From NCBI GenBank assembly GCA_944376825.1, contig CALWDY010000027.1, forward strand, positions 29,583 through 93,582: a DNA stretch of 64,000 bases, written 5' to 3'. A program made the position numbers and the translations under genes. The notes beneath the pieces are model-generated. The model was given only the letters and a program-made list of their open reading frames with translations, was not told the DNA's origin and ran no database searches. This DNA is from an uncultured Clostridia bacterium (GTDB lineage Bacteria > Bacillota > Clostridia > Christensenellales > UBA1242). The stretch's first letter is position 1; the number at the start of each line of letters is the position of its first letter. This document shows, piece after piece, positions 18,441 to 28,881 of this stretch.

Positions 18441-19001
18441 TTATTTAACTCTTTCCATATATGATCCATCTCTTGTATCTACACGAATCTTTTCGCCGTT
18501 ATTAACAAAAAGTGGAACATTTATTGTGTAACCTGTTTCTAACTTTGCTGGTTTATAACTTGATTTTGCTGTATCTCCTTGAATTCCAGGTTCGCAATCA
18601 ACAATAGTCAATTCAACAAATGTTGGCGGTTCAACAGAGAATGCTGTGCCTTTATAAAATTGAATTGTGGCTGTCATATTTTCAGTCATAAAATTCATTG
18701 CATCTTCAACTTGTGATTTATTTAATGGAATTTGATCATATGTTTCCATGTCCATAAAATAATATAAACCACCTTCGTTATAAAGGTATTGCATTTCTTT
18801 TCTTTCTATAACTGCAACTTGAAATTTGTCTGTTGGGTTAAATGTTCTTTCTAAAACTTGACCAGTAACAACATTTTTAATTTTTGTTCTTACAAATGGA
18901 GAACCTTTTCCTGGTTTAACATGAAGGAAATCAACAACAACATATACATTTCCTTCCATTTCAAAAGTTACACCTTTTCTAAAATCACCTGCTGTAATCA
19001 T
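18441..19001 (-). CDS. efp: Translation elongation factor P
   Basis: [34 protein letters not shown] is the canonical EF-P sequence. Confidence 0.97.
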   Translation of the reverse strand: MITAGDFRKGVTFEMEGNVYVVVDFLHVKPGKGSPFVRTKIKNVVTGQVLERTFNPTDKFQVAVIERKEMQYLYNEGGLYYFMDMETYDQIPLNKSQVEDAMNFMTENMTATIQFYKGTAFSVEPPTFVELTIVDCEPGIQGDTAKSSYKPAKLETGYTINVPLFVNNGEKIRVDTRDGSYMERVK

Positions 19002-19032
19002 GTATATTTACTCCTTAATTAAAATCTAGTTT

Positions 19033-19061
19033 AGTATATCACACATAAATTTAATAATCAA
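19033..19061 (-). promoter_or_regulatory. Sigma-A promoter for efp
   Basis: The minus strand reads TTGATT, a 17-nt spacer, then TATACT with an extended -10 TG (TGaTATACT). Confidence 0.5.
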
Positions 19062-19069
19062 CCTTTTTT

Positions 19070-19624
19070 TTAATGACCAAAAAATAAATTATAGTTGCCA
19101 TTTAAATATGGTTTCAGTTTATTTATACTATTAATAAGCTCTTGAGCTGACCCATCATAAAAATCAGTTCTTCCAACACCATTTTTAAAAATTGTATCAC
19201 CTAAAAAAACATTATTTTTGTAAACTAACACAACGCTTCCCTTACTGTGTCCGGGTGTGTGAATAACATTAAAAATAAAGTTTCCTATTATAATTTTTCC
19301 CTCATCAAATTTAAAATCTGCATCTAAATTTTGAAAAGTTTTACCAAACAAATGAGAAAGGTTTTTGTTGGTTGATAATTTATCTGCATCTAGTTTATGA
19401 ACATAAACTTTAACACCTAAATCTTGAAATTGTTTGCATGATGCACAATGATCAAAATGTGCATGTGTTAATATTATACCCTTTATGTTTAAGTTTTTTT
19501 TGTTAACAAAATTAATAATTTTTTCAAATTCTTCACCAGCATCAATTATAACACATTCATTTTTTTCGTTTGCTACAACATAACAATTTTCTTGAAAATC
19601 GCCTAAACACAACTTATATATCAT
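19070..19624 (-). CDS. MBL-fold metallo-hydrolase (glyoxalase II-like)
   Basis: THAHFDH metal motif, HTPGHS, and a C-terminal GH. Confidence 0.8.
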   Translation of the reverse strand: MIYKLCLGDFQENCYVVANEKNECVIIDAGEEFEKIINFVNKKNLNIKGIILTHAHFDHCASCKQFQDLGVKVYVHKLDADKLSTNKNLSHLFGKTFQNLDADFKFDEGKIIIGNFIFNVIHTPGHSKGSVVLVYKNNVFLGDTIFKNGVGRTDFYDGSAQELINSINKLKPYLNGNYNLFFGH

Positions 19625-19627
19625 AAA

Positions 19628-20491
19628 TTACACACTTTCATAGATATTTTTTAATATTAAACTATCCGACATCATTCTATCTTTAGATTCACATATTATG
19701 GTTGGAGTAAGATTTAAATCTTTTATAACTTTTGCAAGTGGTTTAAAGTCGGGACCATATATTGTATCATCATAATTTAAATGTCTAATTTCACCTTTAT
19801 TTCCAAATTCAATTTTAGAAAAATGTATATGACAAGATTTTGCTCTATCCCCCAATTTTTCAAGCGCCATATCAAATATCTTTTTATAATCATCGTATGT
19901 CTTTAAACATCCGCCACCGAGTGCATTTATATGTCCAAAGTCAAAAGTAGGAACCAAACACTCATCAATTGTACACAAATTGATTATCTCTTCGTATGTT
20001 CCAATTTGCTGAGGTTTCCCCATTGTTTCCAAACATAATTTTTTGCCGTTTATTAAGCCATTTTCTTTTACAATTTTTATTATTCTTTTTAGGTTTGTTT
20101 TTACAAGATCCATTGCAACATTTCTTTCAAGTTTACCACATGAACCAACATGAACAACATAATCTTTGCCACCGAAACAATTTAATAAATATAAACCTTT
20201 TTCAATGTATGCAAAAGATTTTTGTATCATTTCTTCATTTGGATTTGCCAAATTAATATAATAAGGTGCATGGGCAGAAACCAATATATCATTATCTTTT
20301 GCATTTTTCCCAATTATTTTTGCGGTTTCCTCACTAACATTGATTCCTCTTCCAAATGAAAATTCATAAGCACTTAGCCCCTTTTCTTTTAACCACTTTG
20401 GTGCTTGCGATGAACTTTTATTTCCCTCATCATAAAAACTTTGTTCGTTTCCAGATGGACCAAATCTTATTCTATCCATATACTTCTCCAT
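19628..20491 (-). CDS. Endonuclease IV / xylose-isomerase-like TIM barrel protein
   Basis: HAPYYINLA, VVHVGS, LCLET and FDFGH metal-ligand blocks resemble the Nfo family. Confidence 0.6.
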   Translation of the reverse strand: MEKYMDRIRFGPSGNEQSFYDEGNKSSSQAPKWLKEKGLSAYEFSFGRGINVSEETAKIIGKNAKDNDILVSAHAPYYINLANPNEEMIQKSFAYIEKGLYLLNCFGGKDYVVHVGSCGKLERNVAMDLVKTNLKRIIKIVKENGLINGKKLCLETMGKPQQIGTYEEIINLCTIDECLVPTFDFGHINALGGGCLKTYDDYKKIFDMALEKLGDRAKSCHIHFSKIEFGNKGEIRHLNYDDTIYGPDFKPLAKVIKDLNLTPTIICESKDRMMSDSLILKNIYESV

Positions 20492-21162
20492 TAAATTTCA
20501 TAAAATTTAAAATTGTTTTGTTTTATATCTTCAATAGTACAACTTTGATCAATCGAAAATTTACCACATGTTGTACGAATAATGGCAAGCATAGTACCAT
20601 ATGTTGACAATTTGTATGCGATATCTCTGCAAATACTTCTTATGTATGTTCCACTTGAACATTTTATTTCAAACATAAATGTATTTTTTGCAATTTCGTT
20701 TAAAACTTTACAACTGTAAATAGTAATGTGCCTGGTTTTTAATTCTATCTCTTTCCCTTGCCTAGCAAGTTCATATGCTTTTTTCCCATTTATTTTTTTT
20801 GCTGAATAATTTGGGGGCAATTGATCAAATTCACCTTCAAATTCTTTTGATATTTTTTCAACTTGCTCTAAAGAAATACTAACATCATTTGATTTTATTA
20901 CATTTCCTTCGCTATCAAGTGTATCAGTTTCTTTTCCAAAATAAAATATTGCTTTATAGGTTTTATCTTTTTTTAAATATTCATCAAACAGTTTAGTCGC
21001 CTTATTAACTGCAATAAGCAAAATTCCAGTACCCAGTGGGTCCAAAGTCCCTAAATGCCCTATTTTATTTGGCTTTAATGTTCTTTTTATAATTTGCACC
21101 GCCAAACTAGATGACATACCAGTAGGCTTATTTAAAACAATTAGTCCATTTTTTTCAAACAT
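20491..21162 (-). CDS. truB: tRNA pseudouridine-55 synthase (short form without a PUA domain)
   Basis: GLIVLNKPTGMSS......IKR......KIGHLGTLDPLGTGILLIAV contains the catalytic Asp motif. It lies downstream of rbfA-nrnA. Confidence 0.9.
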   Translation of the reverse strand: MFEKNGLIVLNKPTGMSSSLAVQIIKRTLKPNKIGHLGTLDPLGTGILLIAVNKATKLFDEYLKKDKTYKAIFYFGKETDTLDSEGNVIKSNDVSISLEQVEKISKEFEGEFDQLPPNYSAKKINGKKAYELARQGKEIELKTRHITIYSCKVLNEIAKNTFMFEIKCSSGTYIRSICRDIAYKLSTYGTMLAIIRTTCGKFSIDQSCTIEDIKQNNFKFYEI

Positions 21163-22135
21163 TAGAATCTCCTAATTTTATTGCTTTTAAACATTCTGCT
21201 ACAACCAGTTTTTCACATTCTTCAAGTTTTCCTTTTATTTCGCCACCTGATGCTTGCTTATGTCCACCACCTTTAAATATTTTTGCAACTTTTGAAACAT
21301 CATAATTTATTAAACTTCTAAAACTTATAGAAAAAACAGATTTTTGTTTTTCGGTCATTACAAAAGCAATTTTTGTGTGCTCCAAATTAACAAGTTTGTT
21401 TACATAATCACCTATATCGTGTTTTGTACAATTGTTTTTTTTCATAAAATCAGCTGTAATAATTATATATTTAATACCTTCAATTGTTTTTATTTCACTG
21501 TTTAATTTGTTAGTAATATCAAATGTTTTTTGTGTTGTTAATTTAAAAATATTGTAATTAACAAGTTTGTAATTTGCACATAATTTAAACAATTCACTTG
21601 CTATCAAGTGAGAATAATATTCGGTGTTATCGTGCACAAAGCATCCTGTATCATCTGCAATCCCCAAATACAAAAGTGTAGCCAAATTTGAATCTATTTT
21701 AAGTTTGCTTTTCTTTATAACATTGTAAACAATTTCGCAATTTGAAGCTTTTGTACAATCTATAAAATTTATTTTTCCAAATAAATCTCTATTTAAATGA
21801 TGATCAATGACAATTGTATTTGAATGTTTAACAAAATCATTTCCATATTTCCCTAACAATTTTAAACTCGCCACATCAACGCTTATTAACAAATCATATT
21901 TGTTTAATTCTACATCATCATTTTTCAAAAAGTCAAAATTTAAAAAGTTATACTTTTGTGGTATTAAGTCATCAATAAAAACATCAACATTTTTATTAAA
22001 ATTTTTACATAAAAAATATATGGCAGATATACTGCCCAAACAATCACCATCCGGCGACTGATGACCAAAAACTGCCACATTTTTACTTTGTTTAATTTTT
22101 TTCAACAGAAGTTTAATCTTCATTAATATCTTCAC
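21155..22135 (-). CDS. nrnA: DHH/DHHA1 phosphoesterase (NrnA-type nanoRNase / pAp phosphatase)
   Basis: HQSPDGDCLGS, DHH (VIDHH) and GGGH motifs. Confidence 0.85.
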   Translation of the reverse strand: MKILMKIKLLLKKIKQSKNVAVFGHQSPDGDCLGSISAIYFLCKNFNKNVDVFIDDLIPQKYNFLNFDFLKNDDVELNKYDLLISVDVASLKLLGKYGNDFVKHSNTIVIDHHLNRDLFGKINFIDCTKASNCEIVYNVIKKSKLKIDSNLATLLYLGIADDTGCFVHDNTEYYSHLIASELFKLCANYKLVNYNIFKLTTQKTFDITNKLNSEIKTIEGIKYIIITADFMKKNNCTKHDIGDYVNKLVNLEHTKIAFVMTEKQKSVFSISFRSLINYDVSKVAKIFKGGGHKQASGGEIKGKLEECEKLVVAECLKAIKLGDSNV

Positions 22136-22481
22136 TCTCTTTTGGTATATTTAAAGTGCTTAAAATAGCATTTATATCTTCACTGTGCTTTGCACCCTCA
22201 TCAAGTATAAAAGTAAGTTCTGGTGTGTATGGAAGTTTAACCTCTTTTACAAGTTCTCTTTTAATGAACCCTTCACTTTTCCTTAATTGTTTCATTATTA
22301 TATTTTTTTCACCTGTAAAAATGCTTACTCCAACTTTACAATGCCTAAAATCTACAGACAAATTAACATAAGTAATAGTTATAAATTCATTTAACCTAGG
22401 ATCATTTACTTTATTTCGCAAAATATTGCTTAACGCTTTTAAAGTTTCTGCATTTGCCCTTTCAATTCTAAGATTTTGCAT
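22113..22481 (-). CDS. rbfA: Ribosome-binding factor A
   Basis: The pattern RANAETLKALSNILRN.VNDPRL...ITIT.V.LS.D...CKV.VS matches RbfA. It lies downstream of infB. Confidence 0.9.
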   Translation of the reverse strand: MQNLRIERANAETLKALSNILRNKVNDPRLNEFITITYVNLSVDFRHCKVGVSIFTGEKNIIMKQLRKSEGFIKRELVKEVKLPYTPELTFILDEGAKHSEDINAILSTLNIPKESEDINED

Positions 22482-22482
22482 A

Positions 22483-25041
22483 TTACCCTCTTTTTACTTC
22501 AACTTTTTGATATACTTCAAATATGTCACCAACAACAATGCCGGTTGAATCTTTTAGTTTTATACCGCATTCATAACCATAATTTACTTCAGCCTTGTCA
22601 TCTTTTTGTATTCTTAATGCTTCAACAGATGTTTCTAAAATTTTTTCATTGTTTCTGTAAACATTAACAAATGAATTTCTTGTAACCTTTCCATCTTTCA
22701 CATAACAACCGCAAACAATACCGCTAGTAGACAATTTAAACATTGCTCTTACTTCTGCATGTCCTATAATTTGTTCTTCATATTTTACAGAAAGCATTCC
22801 GTTAACTGCATTGGTTATTTCATCAACAACCTCATAAATTACCTTATAAGATTTTACTTGAACACCCATAGATTCTGCTAATTGCTCTATTTTTGAAGAT
22901 AATTTTAAATTAAAATTAATAACAATTGCACTTGAAGCTTGTGCAAGCAACAAATCGGATTCAGTAACACCACCTGCTGCACTGTGGATACAAACAACTT
23001 TAACTTCCTCATTTTTAATCGCAGTAAGTGACTGTTTTAACGCTTCAACAGAGCCTTGAACATCTGCTTTTATGATAATGTTGAGTGCTTTAAGTTTTCC
23101 TTCATTAACCCTATCCATAAAGTCTTCAAGAGACACTCCACTTGTTGAATTTGCACGGTTTTCTTTTGCTTTTGCAATTCTTTCTTGTATAACTTGTTTT
23201 GATAATTTTTCATCAACAGCAAATACTTTTTCACCAGAATTAGGCACAGAATCTAGTCCTAAAACAGCGACAGGAGTGCTTGGTGTGGCAAATTTAACAG
23301 CTTTACCGTTTTCATCAAACATTGCTCTAACCTTTCCATAAGACACACCAGTCATAATAGAATCTCCAACTCTAAGCGTTCCCGATTGAACAAGTATAGT
23401 TGCAACAGGCCCTCTATTTTTGTCAAGTTCTGCTTCAATTATCGTTCCAACGGCACTTTGATTTGGATTGGCTTTTAATTCTTGCAATTCAGCAACTAAA
23501 AGAATCATTTTCAACAGTTCTTCAATTCCCAAACCTTTTTTTGCAGAAACAGGAACAAGTATTGCATCGCCACCCCAATCTTCTGGAAGAACTCCGTTTT
23601 CTGCAAGTTGTTGTTTAACTCTATCAATGTTTGCTTCTGGTTTATCCATTTTATTTATAGCTACAATCATTGGCACATTGGCAACTTTAATATGATTAAT
23701 AGCTTCCACTGTTTGTGGCATAATTCCATCATCTGCCGCAACAACTAAAACTGCTATATCGGTTACTTTTGCACCACGAGCGCGCATAGAAGTAAAAGCA
23801 GCATGACCAGGGGTATCAATAAATGTTATTTTCTCATCATTTATTGTTACTTGATATGCGCCTATTTTTTGAGTAATACCACCAGCTTCTCCGCTAACAA
23901 CATTGGTTTTTCTTATTGCATCAAGTAAAGATGTTTTGCCATGGTCAACATGTCCCATAACAGTTACAACAGGTGGGCGTTTCTCTAAACCCTCTTCGCT
24001 TTGTTGATGTTCTTTAACATCTTCCAACATCTGCTCTTCAAATGTTTTTTCAAATTTTTGTTCAAGTTTTACACCCAATTCTCCTGCAACAAGTTCTGCT
24101 GTAACAAAATCAATGCTACTATTTATATTTGCCATTACACCCAACATCATTAATTGCTTTATTATTTCAGCAACAGGTCTCCCTGTTTTTTCTGACAATG
24201 TTTTTACGGTTACATTAGGCGTTGTAATAACAGCACTTTCAATTTTTGGAGCAACAAAAACTTTTTGTTCTTTTTTCTTTTTTGCAAGTTTTCTATTGCC
24301 CATTCTTTCGCCATCAAAGTCTTCTAAGTCTATATCGTCAACAATTATATTTTTTCTTAAAAGAGTTTTTTTGCTAACTTGTTTCTTTTCTTCTATTTGT
24401 CTATTGGATTTGTTTTTGTTTCCATAATTTCTTTCAGGTTGAGACAAAACAGAACTGCTTTCTGTTGGTTGAAAAACTTTAAAAGAATTTGCTTTCGAAG
24501 TTGCGAAATTATTATTTCTTTGAACAAATGGTTTGTTTTGGCCATTTTTGTTCCAAGTTTTTTGTGTTCCATTGTTTACAAAGCGTGTTCCATTTGAATT
24601 TTGAGGCTTTGGCCCCCATGGTTTTTGAAAATTGTTGTTTCTTTCCCTGTTAAATGGTTTATTGTAATTGTTTTTTTCTTTATTAAAATTGTTGTTATTA
24701 AATTTATTTTGAGATGATTTATTGTTGAGAGATTCAAATTTTGTTTTAGTGTTAACATCAACACTGTTACTTGCAATTGCCACTGTTGCGTCATTTTTTT
24801 TCTCTGCTTGTTGTGAAATTTGATTTGTTACTTCAATTTTTGGAGTTTCTTGTTTCAAAGTAGCATTGACTTTTTTCTGTTCTTGCATTTTTTTTATAAC
24901 ATCATCCAATTGATTTTTTGATGCCCTTAAATCACGAAGAAAAACTTGAATCGCTCCGCTTGTTTGAATTTTGTATATGGATTTTAGATTGTTTAATCCA
25001 TTAGAATTTTGTTTTTCTGCTTTGTTAGTCAATATAATCAC
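22483..25041 (-). CDS. infB: Translation initiation factor IF-2
   Basis: G domain [21 protein letters not shown] and NKMD, followed by conserved C-terminal domains. The N-terminal third is N/Q/K-rich and low complexity. Confidence 0.97.
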   Translation of the reverse strand: MIILTNKAEKQNSNGLNNLKSIYKIQTSGAIQVFLRDLRASKNQLDDVIKKMQEQKKVNATLKQETPKIEVTNQISQQAEKKNDATVAIASNSVDVNTKTKFESLNNKSSQNKFNNNNFNKEKNNYNKPFNRERNNNFQKPWGPKPQNSNGTRFVNNGTQKTWNKNGQNKPFVQRNNNFATSKANSFKVFQPTESSSVLSQPERNYGNKNKSNRQIEEKKQVSKKTLLRKNIIVDDIDLEDFDGERMGNRKLAKKKKEQKVFVAPKIESAVITTPNVTVKTLSEKTGRPVAEIIKQLMMLGVMANINSSIDFVTAELVAGELGVKLEQKFEKTFEEQMLEDVKEHQQSEEGLEKRPPVVTVMGHVDHGKTSLLDAIRKTNVVSGEAGGITQKIGAYQVTINDEKITFIDTPGHAAFTSMRARGAKVTDIAVLVVAADDGIMPQTVEAINHIKVANVPMIVAINKMDKPEANIDRVKQQLAENGVLPEDWGGDAILVPVSAKKGLGIEELLKMILLVAELQELKANPNQSAVGTIIEAELDKNRGPVATILVQSGTLRVGDSIMTGVSYGKVRAMFDENGKAVKFATPSTPVAVLGLDSVPNSGEKVFAVDEKLSKQVIQERIAKAKENRANSTSGVSLEDFMDRVNEGKLKALNIIIKADVQGSVEALKQSLTAIKNEEVKVVCIHSAAGGVTESDLLLAQASSAIVINFNLKLSSKIEQLAESMGVQVKSYKVIYEVVDEITNAVNGMLSVKYEEQIIGHAEVRAMFKLSTSGIVCGCYVKDGKVTRNSFVNVYRNNEKILETSVEALRIQKDDKAEVNYGYECGIKLKDSTGIVVGDIFEVYQKVEVKRG

Positions 25042-25339
25042 CTCTCAAATATTTAATAATTTCTTCCGATATTCCTTTGTTCTTTATTCCTAAAACTTTA
25101 CAATTTGGAACACTTACCATTTCTTTAAAACTTTCTGTATCTATTTTACAAGAAACACAATTTGTGTGTAATTGGGTTTTATTTACAATTTTTTCGGTGT
25201 TTTTTCCTATATCCGAACTATATATCATCAAATATAATTTTTTATTATAACCCTTTAAGGCGTCAGCTCCTATAATAAGATATCCCGCCTTGTTTGCTAT
25301 ATTTATTAATCCTTTTATTTTAATTATGTTTTGTTTCAA
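25025..25339 (-). CDS. ylxQ: L7Ae-family RNA-binding protein YlxQ
   Basis: 104 aa with GLINIANKAGYLIIG. It lies between ylxR and infB. Confidence 0.8.
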   Translation of the reverse strand: MKQNIIKIKGLINIANKAGYLIIGADALKGYNKKLYLMIYSSDIGKNTEKIVNKTQLHTNCVSCKIDTESFKEMVSVPNCKVLGIKNKGISEEIIKYLRGDYID

Positions 25340-25583
25340 TTAGTTCCTCACCGATTTTTTTATAAACTTCACTGTTAAAATTATATTTAAAAACTTTGTT
25401 TAAAATTTTTTTGTTTAAAAGCATTGTTATGCAATCAAAATTTTTACAGACATATGTTGCTTTCCCACCAAATTGTTTTTTTTCATCTATTACAATTTTT
25501 TCATTTTGTTTTGAAATTCTATGCAAATCATTTTTTTTGTGTTTTGTTCTGCAAGCACAACAAGTTCTTAAAACTTCTTTCAT
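25320..25583 (-). CDS. ylxR: YlxR/RnpM family RNA-binding protein (DUF448)
   Basis: RTCCACR.K..K..L.RI motif. It lies directly downstream of nusA. Confidence 0.85.
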   Translation of the reverse strand: MKEVLRTCCACRTKHKKNDLHRISKQNEKIVIDEKKQFGGKATYVCKNFDCITMLLNKKILNKVFKYNFNSEVYKKIGEELIETKHN

Positions 25584-26730
25584 TACTCACCATCTTCAGT
25601 TATATCTTCTAGATCTTCCAAAGTTGCAAATGAATCGTCTTCATCTCCTAAATCAGTTAGTTCATATTCAACTTCTTTAACTTCATTTGCATTTAATGAA
25701 CTTTCAGGTTTTACATCTATCTTCCAACCAGTAAGTCTTGCTGCAAGCCTTACATTTTGCCCCATTTTCCCAATTGCCAATGACAATTTATCATCTGGAA
25801 CAATAACCCTTGATGATTTTAAACTTTCATTAATTTCTACACTTAACACTTTTGCAGGACTTAGAGCATTTGCAATGTACTCCAATGGATCATCTGAGTA
25901 TGGAACCAAATCTATTTTTTCGCCATTTATCTCATTCATAATTGTGTTAATTCTAACGCCTCTATTTCCTACACAAGCACCAAGTGCATCTATATGGGAT
26001 TTTGTAGCCATAATGGCAACTTTACTTCTATTCCCTGGATCTCTTGCTATGTTTTTTATAACAACTTCACCATTTTCTATTTCTGGAACCTCAATTTCAA
26101 AAAGTTTTCTTAAAAATCCAACATTGCTTCTTGAAACTTGAATTTGAACTCCTTTAAAAGAATCTTTAATTTTTTTAACATATACCTTTATTCTATCATT
26201 AACATGGAATTTTTCACCTGGTATTTGATCTTGTTCAAGCATAACACCTTCTGTGTGAGAACCAGCAATTTGAACATAAACAACATTTTGTTCAATTCTT
26301 TTTACTATTGTTGTAAGAAGTTCATCTTCCTTTTCGCTTAATTCATCAACAGCAATTTGTCTTTCCATTTCTTTTAATTTTTGCATAACAACTTGTTTAG
26401 CCGTTTGTGCTGCAATTCTTCCAAAATCTTTTGTGTTTTCTTCTTGCATAATTTCATCGCCAATTTTGTAAGAAGATTTTATTTTTTGAGCATCTTGCAA
26501 AGAAATTTCTTTGTCTGGATTTTTAACTTCTTCTACAACAGTTTTGTAACTATATATTTTAATTGCGTTTTTTTCTGGGACAAGTTTTACTTGTGCGCTT
26601 TTTGCTTCTCCATACATTTTTTATAAGCAGAAGTAAGTGCCGATTCTAATGTTTCTATAAGTTGTTGTGCATTTATTTTTTTAGTAGACTCTATCTCTTC
26701 TAATGCTTGAAAAAAATCTTTATTTACCAT
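25583..26730 (-). CDS. nusA: Transcription termination/antitermination factor NusA, interrupted by a 1-nt frameshift in an A6 run
   Basis: The main ORF (25583-26617) carries the S1 and KH domains. The 38-codon N-terminus MVNKDFFQALEEIESTKKINAQQLIETLESALTSAYKK, from the ATG at 26730, is in another frame. The span is 1148 nt, which is not a multiple of 3. The junction is the T6 run on plus at 26617-26622. Confidence 0.85.
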
Positions 26731-26740
26731 TTTTTACTCC

Positions 26741-27202
26741 TTAAAATTCTATTACAGGGCTTACTTGCGCCACATTCTTTTTTTCGAACTGTATCATGAT
26801 GTTATTGTCTTCGATTTCTACAAATTCATCATCAAATTTTTTTAATAGTCCTTTATACTTCTTTTTTCCATTTTGCGAACTATATAAGGTGATTTCAACA
26901 AGTTTATCTTTGTTCCTTAAAAAATCTCTTTGAGATTTAATAGGTCTGTCTAAACCGGGTGAACTCACATTTAAAATGTAGGTCGCATCATTTGTTGGAT
27001 TAATTTCATCTAAAAGCGGTTCTATAATATCATTAACCTTTTCACAATCTTCAATGGTTATTCCATTGTCGTTGTCTATATAAAAAGTTAAATTCATTCC
27101 ATCAACTTTTTTAACATATTCAACTTCTACAACTTCATAACCCATTTTTTCTATTATTGGATTAATTTTTTCTTCGCATATTTGTGCAACTTTTCCAGCC
27201 AT
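26741..27202 (-). CDS. rimP: Ribosome maturation factor RimP
   Basis: 153 aa with GYEVVEVEY.K.....L.FYID...GI...DCEKV...I...LD and VSSPGLDRPIK. Confidence 0.9.
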   Translation of the reverse strand: MAGKVAQICEEKINPIIEKMGYEVVEVEYVKKVDGMNLTFYIDNDNGITIEDCEKVNDIIEPLLDEINPTNDATYILNVSSPGLDRPIKSQRDFLRNKDKLVEITLYSSQNGKKKYKGLLKKFDDEFVEIEDNNIMIQFEKKNVAQVSPVIEF

Positions 27203-27223
27203 ACAACCCCCATTCTACAATTA

Positions 27224-27246
27224 AGAGTGGGTTCATCACCCACTCT
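27224..27246 (-). promoter_or_regulatory. G+C-rich 9-bp hairpin in the rimP-nusA leader
   Basis: AGAGTGGGT-5 nt loop-ACCCACTCT. There is no clear U-tract, so it may be an attenuator or processing element. Confidence 0.3.
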
Positions 27247-27309
27247 CAATCTAGCATACCAAAGTATATCATAAATATAAATACAAATCAATAATTTTTA
27301 TAATATTTT

Positions 27310-28881
27310 TTAAATTTCGTTTAATTTTAAAAAAACTTCCGCTGTAGCCGTTGCATCGGCAAGTGCTCTATGAGCATTATTTAATGTTAAATTTAGTGCT
27401 TCAACAACATTTATTAGTCTATATCTTGGCAAATACAATTTGTTTTTTGCAATCACCATGGCATCATATGTTTGATTATTAAAAAACAAACCAGCTTTTT
27501 GCGCACTGTTATTAATAAAAGCAAAGTCAAAAGCAACATTATAACCAACTAAAATGCAGTTTTCACAAAACTTAAAGAAATCGGCTATTGCATCGTTATT
27601 GTTAGGTGCATTTTTTACCATATCGTTTGTGATTGTTGTCAAATTTGTTATTTCTTCTGGAATTTCGTTTTCAGGGCAAATTAAAGTTTGAAATTGCTCT
27701 TTAATTTTTCCATCCACAATTTTAACAGCACCAATTTCTATCACTTCATTTACAATCGGATCAAGCCCCGTTGTTTCAACATCAAACACAACAAAATTGT
27801 TATTATTGATAAAGTCATTATAAATTGGTTTTTTATCAAAAATATTTTCCTGTTTAAGTGGCATATATATTGTAGGCTTAACAACTTTATAATTTTCAAA
27901 ATGAATGTTTTGCGTTGGTTTCTGCACTTCTACTTTTGATTCTAATTTTTTTTCTTGTTTAATAATTTCACAAATAGAAATACTTTTTAAACTTAAAGTC
28001 TTTTCCCTTTGACCTTTTTTTATATCTCCAATAACCAAAATTTTATCGCCATCTTTTAAGGTTTTAGCTTTCTTGTATGTAGTTTTATTAGAAAAATAAA
28101 TTGCAGATATACTTGCTGTTTCATCTGTAAGAGTAAAAGTATAATAATAACTTTCTTCGCTACCACCTTTCTTTTTGGTTCTCCTAGATATATAAGTTTT
28201 TTCCGCCAAATTGCTTATTTGCCCTGCCAAAATAACAGACTGTTTTTCTTCTGGCTGATCTTTTATATATTCAGGCATTGGCGTTATGTCCACGCCAATA
28301 ATTTTTTCAGGTTCATAAACCTCGTAACGAACAACTTTTTTGGGTTTTGGTAAATTTTTAATAAGTTCCTCTTCACGCTTTAATAAAATTTTATCATCCA
28401 TTATTTCTTGTTTATTTTCTAAAATATCAACACTAAAATTTGCAATAAAATTTTTATTTAATTCTTTTAATATATCATCTTTTAAATTATTGTAAATAAA
28501 ATAATCATATATTTCTTTTATTAAATTAAACTTAACAACAATATTAAATTCATTTCTAATTACATTAATATTTTCATCTTTATAATATGCAAATAATGAA
28601 GAATTAACATTTTTTAAATATTTTATTAAATGTTTTTTTATTAAATTTTCATCTAAATAACTTTTTTTAAATTTAATTTTAATTTCACATAATAAATTTA
28701 ATTCTTTTTTAATAAATTCTATTATTTCTTTTTTTTCATCATCTTCTAAATCTTTAATATTTTCCGGATACAAAAACCAAATTTCCGCACATGATAAAAG
28801 AGTGTTATATTCAACTTTTAACACTCTTAAAAAATCATATTTAAAATTAAACTCTTTGTTTATATTATCTAATATTTCCAT
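27310..28881 (-). CDS. PolC-like N-terminal/OB-fold plus DnaQ-type 3'-5' exonuclease protein lacking PHP and polymerase domains
   Basis: 523 aa. The OB segment is ILAGQISNLAEKTYISRRTKKKGGSEESYYYTFTLTDETASISAIYFSNK. Exo I is FVVFDVETTGL and Exo III is HRALADATATAEVF. It lies between rseP and rimP, where polC normally lies. Confidence 0.7.
   Translation of the reverse strand: MEILDNINKEFNFKYDFLRVLKVEYNTLLSCAEIWFLYPENIKDLEDDEKKEIIEFIKKELNLLCEIKIKFKKSYLDENLIKKHLIKYLKNVNSSLFAYYKDENINVIRNEFNIVVKFNLIKEIYDYFIYNNLKDDILKELNKNFIANFSVDILENKQEIMDDKILLKREEELIKNLPKPKKVVRYEVYEPEKIIGVDITPMPEYIKDQPEEKQSVILAGQISNLAEKTYISRRTKKKGGSEESYYYTFTLTDETASISAIYFSNKTTYKKAKTLKDGDKILVIGDIKKGQREKTLSLKSISICEIIKQEKKLESKVEVQKPTQNIHFENYKVVKPTIYMPLKQENIFDKKPIYNDFINNNNFVVFDVETTGLDPIVNEVIEIGAVKIVDGKIKEQFQTLICPENEIPEEITNLTTITNDMVKNAPNNNDAIADFFKFCENCILVGYNVAFDFAFINNSAQKAGLFFNNQTYDAMVIAKNKLYLPRYRLINVVEALNLTLNNAHRALADATATAEVFLKLNEI

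Noticed and set aside
20491-21162. Short TruB (223 aa) as a possible truncated pseudogene
   Set aside because: The catalytic domain is complete and the stop overlaps the next gene's start cleanly. PUA-less TruB forms exist in reduced Firmicute genomes.
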